A stretch of 64,000 nucleotides of DNA. Source: an uncultured bacterium. Lineage in GTDB: Bacteria; Babelota; Babeliae; Babelales; JABCYS01. Position 1 is the first letter of the stretch; each line of letters opens with the position of its first letter. Below the pieces are notes generated by a model. The model was not told the origin of the DNA and searched no databases. It was given only the letters and a program-made list of their open reading frames with translations. A program made the position numbers and the translations under genes. Below are positions 58,658-64,000 of the stretch, piece by piece. Where the stretch lies: positions 128,578-192,577 of the forward strand of contig CAVPKK010000006.1 of the NCBI GenBank assembly GCA_963705705.1, written 5' to 3'.

Positions 58658-61279
58658 ATGATCCCGCTAACACTTCATATCAAAAACTTTCTCAGCTATG
58701 GCCCACAGCAGCAAACTATAGATTTTGGCAGCCATCCGCTTATTTGCCTCTCCGGTAAGAATGGGCATGGTAAATCAGCATTATTGGATGCCATCACGTG
58801 GGCCATCTGGGGCCAGGCGCGAAAGATACGAGAAGCAGTCAAGGCTGATGAAGGTTTGCTGCGGCTTGGTCAGACGCAAATGTTGGTTACCCTGGACTTC
58901 ATGTTTAATGGGCAACGATATCGGGTTCGTCGTGAATTCGCTAAGCAGCCGGGTAAGTTTGTAGCATCATTGGATTTTGGAGTGTTTGTGACGGCAGCGG
59001 CACAAACTGCCTTCGCAGAAGATGGCGGCGTAGCTGGTCCAGGGCAAGCCCTGGTTCCGCTGACTGATAAGACCATTCGGGCAACACAGGAAAAAATTGA
59101 AGCGACGCTCGGTCTTGATTATGAGTCATTTGTAAATTCTGCCTTCTTAAAACAAGGCCAATCGAATGAATTTTCTCAGAAATCATCCAAGGAGCGGAAA
59201 GAGATTTTGGCCTCAATATTAGGTCTTCATAAATATGAGCAATTGCGCCGTCTTGCTTTGGATAAAATAAAGCGAGCCGGTGATGAGCAAGATCAATTAG
59301 CGGCTTTGCGCGATCGGCTGAATGGAATCCTGGCACAAAAAGAAGCATATCTTATTCAGGTCCATACGATAGAAGAACGGCAACGAACGCTCGCCGATGA
59401 ACAAGTAACATTGGATAGCCAGCGACATTTATTGCAACAGAAAAAAGATGAATGGCAAAAGCAGCATCAAGCGGCTGAGATGATCCGCTTTCAACTGCAA
59501 ACATTGAGACAAGAAGAAGCAGCCTTACTCGTGCGACTTAATGATCTTCGCACTAAGTGGAAAGAAGTTCATCGCGCAAGCTTAAATGTTGGCAACTTTG
59601 AGCAACTGCAGAATCAACGCCAGCAAATCCAAGCACAACTGGCTGTGATGCAAGAAACATTACAGAAACAATTAGCGTGCAAAGAACAGCTCTTAACTCA
59701 TAAAGAGCAGGAACAGCGGATCCGAAATCAGTTACAACAAGCCTACAACTCTCTCGTTGAAGAACGCAAACTGATAGATCAACTTGCAGCACTTACGAAA
59801 CGTCATGAAGAATTATGGAAATTGCTTGAAGGAAGCGCCAAGCTTGAGGCGCAGTTTGAAAAACGCAAAACCTATTATCAAAAGTATGTGGCGCTCGGCA
59901 ATATGGTAACAGCCGAATTGGCCGCATTGCAGCAAAAGCAAAAGTTGGTTCATGATGATACCAATCCAAGCTGCCCGTTGTGCGAACAAAATCTTTCGGC
60001 ATCACGAAAACGGTTTTTGAAAAGCTCATTTGCTGAGAATGAAAGGGCAATGCTTCATCGGCGTAAGCGGCTGACAGTTTTAATGGCTCGGCTGAAGGAA
60101 CTATTGATTGGCCAGCATGAGGTGATAAAGAAGTTGCAGGGGTATGGGCAGGAACAAAGTTTGCTTGGTCAGCAAATTGATGACTTAAAAATCAAGATCC
60201 ACAACATTGAAGACAATCATATAGCCACTCGTATCCTTCGACAGGCTCAGGACGAGCGGGCTTTACCCCTCCTGTCATTTGAGGCATGGATTGCGCAACA
60301 GCAAACCCATATTGAAGCCGCGAGGAATATCACAACATCAAATGACCTGCTTGCTCAGCTAACGTACAACCCGATCCTCCAGCAAGAACTGACGGCAAAG
60401 CTAATCCAACTCGAACAGCAGATTAATAGCCAACAGCAATTGCTTGCTGCCCTGCCGATGCAGGCAGAACGCAAAGGGCATATACATACTATTATTACAG
60501 AAATAAAACGAGTAAAAAATGAACTTAGTAAGTTGCAGCAAAGCGCTATTGCCGAAGAACATCTTAAGACGTTGGCAGCAAGCCTTATACAAGCCGAGCA
60601 GCAATTAACTGCACAGCAAAATCAAACAAATCAGGCAAAAGAGGCGGTGGCTCATGAAAAGGGAAGGCTTGAACAACAAAAACTGCTTTTAATTAATACC
60701 GAGCAAGAGATAAAAACGGTTGATACGCAAATCAAAAAAGCTGATCAGCAGATTGGTGAATATCAAGCTATTGCTGGCGCGCTCAGCAAAGATGGAATCC
60801 AGGCCTTATTAATTGAAGAAGCGATTCCAGAAATTGAGCAAGAAGCAAATCGGTTGCTGGCAAAACTAACCAATAATCAGGCCCAACTATTTATAGAATC
60901 AGTTCGTGATCTTAAAAAAGGTGGCACTAAAGAAACATTAGACATTAATATATCAGATGCATTGGGCATCCGACCGTATGAACTATTTTCTGGCGGCGAG
61001 GCATTTAGAATCGATTTTGCCTTGCGTGTGGCCATTTCAAAACTTCTGGCCCGCCGCGCTGGCACTTCCTTGCAAACATTAATTATTGATGAAGGGTTTG
61101 GATCGCAAGACGAAGAAGGCTTGAGTCATATTATGGATGCTTTGCACAAAATACAGGACGACTTTGCTAAGGTCATTATTGTTTCCCACTTGCCTACTAT
61201 GAAGGATCAATTTCCTGTTCACTTCATGATCGAAAAGGGAGCTCAGGGGAGTATGGTTTCAGTAATGCAACACGAATGA
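58658..61279 (+). CDS. sbcC: SbcC/Rad50-like SMC ATPase, with two repeat-derived in-frame inserts
   Basis: IKNFLSY, GKNGHGKS, Q-loop LKQG, CPLC zinc hook, FSGGE, IIDEGFGSQD, VSH. Confidence 0.85.
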   Translation: MIPLTLHIKNFLSYGPQQQTIDFGSHPLICLSGKNGHGKSALLDAITWAIWGQARKIREAVKADEGLLRLGQTQMLVTLDFMFNGQRYRVRREFAKQPGKFVASLDFGVFVTAAAQTAFAEDGGVAGPGQALVPLTDKTIRATQEKIEATLGLDYESFVNSAFLKQGQSNEFSQKSSKERKEILASILGLHKYEQLRRLALDKIKRAGDEQDQLAALRDRLNGILAQKEAYLIQVHTIEERQRTLADEQVTLDSQRHLLQQKKDEWQKQHQAAEMIRFQLQTLRQEEAALLVRLNDLRTKWKEVHRASLNVGNFEQLQNQRQQIQAQLAVMQETLQKQLACKEQLLTHKEQEQRIRNQLQQAYNSLVEERKLIDQLAALTKRHEELWKLLEGSAKLEAQFEKRKTYYQKYVALGNMVTAELAALQQKQKLVHDDTNPSCPLCEQNLSASRKRFLKSSFAENERAMLHRRKRLTVLMARLKELLIGQHEVIKKLQGYGQEQSLLGQQIDDLKIKIHNIEDNHIATRILRQAQDERALPLLSFEAWIAQQQTHIEAARNITTSNDLLAQLTYNPILQQELTAKLIQLEQQINSQQQLLAALPMQAERKGHIHTIITEIKRVKNELSKLQQSAIAEEHLKTLAASLIQAEQQLTAQQNQTNQAKEAVAHEKGRLEQQKLLLINTEQEIKTVDTQIKKADQQIGEYQAIAGALSKDGIQALLIEEAIPEIEQEANRLLAKLTNNQAQLFIESVRDLKKGGTKETLDINISDALGIRPYELFSGGEAFRIDFALRVAISKLLARRAGTSLQTLIIDEGFGSQDEEGLSHIMDALHKIQDDFAKVIIVSHLPTMKDQFPVHFMIEKGAQGSMVSVMQHE
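59036..59054 (+). repeat. Family B hairpin inside sbcC (encodes GPGQAL)
   Basis: GGT-CCAGGG-CAAG-CCCTGG. Confidence 0.75.
60225..60259 (+). repeat. Family A element inside sbcC (encodes TRILRQAQDER)
   Basis: ccactcgtatccttcgacaggctcaggacgagcgg; 34/35 identical to 47891-47925. Confidence 0.95.
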
Positions 61280-61283
61280 TTAA

Positions 61284-61310
61284 GGGCGGCATTTCTGCCG
61301 CCCCTTTTTT
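61284..61310 (+). terminator. Intrinsic terminator after sbcC
   Basis: GGGCGGCA-TTTC-TGCCGCCC followed by CTTTTTT. Confidence 0.8.
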
Positions 61311-61340
61311 GGATCATTACAATTTTAAAGAAAAGTAGAA

Positions 61341-61742
61341 CTAGTTTTGTTCTTCTGTTTCCTTAAGTTCATCATCATGTTCTTTTCTTGCAACTTCCGA
61401 AGCTACTCTTTCCATTTCCGCTCTTTCTTGAGCAAGAATTTTTGCCCGCAATGCACACTGTTCCGCTTCACGTATCGAAATTCTTCGTGCACGCTCACCA
61501 TTATTTTGTTGATGAACAAGTGATATTAATTGCAATACGCCAGGTTCAACAATACCTGCGTGAAATCGAGCTAGCTGCACAGGATTAATTGATTGTACAG
61601 CTTCTTGGTAGCCTTTGTTTTGTTCGTCGCTTGTTGCGCCAGAGTTTATTTGTATTGAATTACCACCATCGACACCCATTGCATATATATTGACTGCCAA
61701 TAATGCAAAAAGCGATGCTGTTGAAATTGATTTTATATTCAT
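61341..61742 (-). CDS. Hypothetical exported protein
   Basis: Signal peptide MNIKSISTASLFALLAVNIYA; 4-nt overlap with the upstream ORF stop. Confidence 0.65.
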   Translation of the reverse strand: MNIKSISTASLFALLAVNIYAMGVDGGNSIQINSGATSDEQNKGYQEAVQSINPVQLARFHAGIVEPGVLQLISLVHQQNNGERARRISIREAEQCALRAKILAQERAEMERVASEVARKEHDDELKETEEQN

Positions 61743-64000
61743 TTTATTTTTTCACGTTTAGTTAATTTTTCTAAAGCACCTTCCAGAAATTCAAGATCTA
61801 AAACCAACGATGCTCGCTTTTTATCTTTAAGATCCGCTTGTTTTAAGATCTGCTCTCGTTCTGCAATTGCCGCTTTTATCTGTTCAATGTCCATCCAATC
61901 AAGAGCCAATAAAACTCTATATTTCAAACGAACTAGCATTCCAGCAATATCATAAGCGATGAGATCATAGCCAGCAAAATCAGCACCTACCATGAATGCT
62001 CCTGCGCTGGTTGCACATAAGAGGGTATACAATGGCAATTTGCTGCGGCCTGATGTTTGCCTATTATCTGGTTTTTTATCTTCAGGCTCTGGGAAGAGAC
62101 TTCCTAATCCATCCAAATCTGCATCTTTCCCTACGGCGTTTTTACGTTGCCGTTCAAGGGTACGTTCGCGTGCACCAGGTTGCGCACGGCCTGCTTCTGC
62201 GGCTTCAAGGCGCGCATCCGCTCTTCTTGATCTCTCTTCATTTAAACGCCGAGCTGTTTTTTCACCTTCATTTTCTTGGTGAATACCTTCATTTACCGCA
62301 ACAAGTGCAGCAGCTAAATTGCTTGGGCTGCCCGTACGCGTATCAAATGGCGGGAAATGAGGGGTTACTAATTCAGGCTGCGTTTGAATGCTTTGTACTG
62401 CGCTCGAAATATTGCTGTTGCTTTGAGCTATACGTTCTATCTTTTTCAGGGCTGCTGGAGCATTACCTTTATGATATCCCACAGGAGCAGCTTCTGCTGG
62501 CTGAGCATTTACTTGTGTGGCGTTATGGTTTGCTTCCACTGCCGCTGCATAGTTGGTCTTTCCGTCATCGCTTTCTGTAGAATCGCGCCTCAAAACTCTT
62601 TGCAACAATGCTTTGTTTATGGCATCCAATCTTGGACGTGCAATTCGCTGAGCTTCTTCATCATAGGGGCTCTGGTCATCCCATTCATGCGAAATTGATG
62701 GAACTGGTTGCGATACGCTTTGGCTAATTGCACCACTATTTTGCTGTTCATTTGCTATAGGGGTGACCGCGAATGAAATAGGTTCGTCACCTTTTTTCTC
62801 TTCTTTTTCATTTGCTACTTGTCGCATTACCATTGATACCTGAGGCACCGCAGTAGTTCCAAGCTCATTCTCGCCTATTTTCTTTTCTGCAGGCATCACG
62901 GCCGGCGATGGTTGATTGCTTGCCTCTCTAGAACTTAAAGGCAAAAACTCATCTTGCGAATAATGGGGAGAATTAGATTCACTTATAAGCGGAGATGAAC
63001 TCGCCGTGTCACTATTTCTAGCACTGCCATTTTTTGATGAAGCAGGAGTAGGCTCTGCAGTTATGCGTCCTGATGACACTGATTTGCTTGGTGATAAAGG
63101 CGCCGCACAATCTTCGCCGCGAATTGCATCTGGTTCCACACGCCTTAGTTCTGATGGTTTTATTCCTTCTACCTTTGCTACTTCAGCTCTTTCATTAAGA
63201 CGTTGGGATATCTCAGGCGCAGTATCATCATCGTCATCTGCATCGTCGTCACTCCTCTTGGAGGAGTGAATCTGTGAAATTTCTGGTGCACTTTTGCTAG
63301 TTGCAACAGATGGCGTGAATTGATTACTTGGCGATGAAGAAAGGAGTTCTTTTTTTATTTGGGAAAACCGAAGGCCGCTTTTGCTATCTTCACTCAGAGC
63401 AGATGAAGATGAACTTGGCAAAGGTAGTGAATGTAACTGCTCGTGTTGTTGCTCAGACTTTGATATTTCGACTGTTAATTCTGGTACGCGTGGTTCATTA
63501 TCATCGCTAGCCTCAAATTGCTGCTCCATTTCTTTTAATTCACGTTGTGCGCGTATTTCGCGGCGAGCTTGCTGTTCTGGCGTTTCTTGGCTCACAAGCA
63601 GGGCATCCGGATGTTCGCTTTCTACTCCAGTATTAAATGCATGGGAATACTCCTCAGCTGCTGCCTTAGTGAATTCCTTCTTACCCCAAGTAAAAACTGG
63701 TGGATACTGGGATTGAAGATGATGTACTGATTCTGGACTAGGGAGTGGTGGCATAGGGGCGTGAGGGGTGGATTTATTTGAGTCCGAAGAATTTGGAATT
63801 GTGCTGGCTGTATTTTGATTGCCAGTGGATTGAGCCGGCCTAGAACCTTTACCATCAGACGGTTGCGCCGCTGATTTTACTGCAAGGCCGATTCTGCGTC
63901 GGTGATTTTCCTTTGCCGCATGATTGGCAAGTTGGTGAGGAGTCATGAGAAGAATTGCTTCATCTTGTTGGCGCAATTGCTCCTCTTGTTTATTTGCAAG
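61739..64000 (-). CDS. Large low-complexity (Ser/Glu/Pro-rich) protein with C-terminal hydrophobic segment, 5'-truncated by window
   Basis: Frame is open to the window edge; disordered composition; LPLYTLLCATSAGAFMVGA hydrophobic stretch. Confidence 0.7.
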   Translation of the reverse strand, partial: LANKQEEQLRQQDEAILLMTPHQLANHAAKENHRRRIGLAVKSAAQPSDGKGSRPAQSTGNQNTASTIPNSSDSNKSTPHAPMPPLPSPESVHHLQSQYPPVFTWGKKEFTKAAAEEYSHAFNTGVESEHPDALLVSQETPEQQARREIRAQRELKEMEQQFEASDDNEPRVPELTVEISKSEQQHEQLHSLPLPSSSSSALSEDSKSGLRFSQIKKELLSSSPSNQFTPSVATSKSAPEISQIHSSKRSDDDADDDDDTAPEISQRLNERAEVAKVEGIKPSELRRVEPDAIRGEDCAAPLSPSKSVSSGRITAEPTPASSKNGSARNSDTASSSPLISESNSPHYSQDEFLPLSSREASNQPSPAVMPAEKKIGENELGTTAVPQVSMVMRQVANEKEEKKGDEPISFAVTPIANEQQNSGAISQSVSQPVPSISHEWDDQSPYDEEAQRIARPRLDAINKALLQRVLRRDSTESDDGKTNYAAAVEANHNATQVNAQPAEAAPVGYHKGNAPAALKKIERIAQSNSNISSAVQSIQTQPELVTPHFPPFDTRTGSPSNLAAALVAVNEGIHQENEGEKTARRLNEERSRRADARLEAAEAGRAQPGARERTLERQRKNAVGKDADLDGLGSLFPEPEDKKPDNRQTSGRSKLPLYTLLCATSAGAFMVGADFAGYDLIAYDIAGMLVRLKYRVLLALDWMDIEQIKAAIAEREQILKQADLKDKKRASLVLDLEFLEGALEKLTKREKIK

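Overview
Chromosomal segment of a low-GC (about 43% by eye) bacterium, most likely Candidatus Dependentiae/Babelota (TM6). That assignment is an inference from gene content: ATP-dependent ligase, SEL1-like, ankyrin-like and beta-helix secreted proteins, and many orphan signal-peptide genes. It carries housekeeping genes (uvrA, maf, rodA, ruvB, yebC, yicC, dnaE, pheS, gatA/gatC, rsmG, ligase, pgsA, secD, hemW, serS, HU, tatD, RNase HI, gap, nfo, PMM/PGM, SbcC-like), six tRNAs, an ABC-2 exporter, a PIN toxin-antitoxin pair and several tandem paralog clusters. The most striking signal is a dense set of small palindromic elements. Family A (core CCGCTCGTCCTGAG...TCGAAGGATACGAGCGG) has about 13 clear copies plus remnants. 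A second group of GGT-tagged GC-rich hairpins forms families B, D and E. These elements occur between genes, nest inside one another, and are inserted in frame in conserved enzymes (DnaE twice, PMM/PGM twice, SbcC twice, a PLP enzyme once), reminiscent of Rickettsia palindromic elements. No mobilising enzyme is visible in the window. Also notable: an exact 18-bp direct repeat suggesting a 2.5-kb gene was inserted into the overlap of two convergent genes, and a UvrA that lacks its insertion domain.
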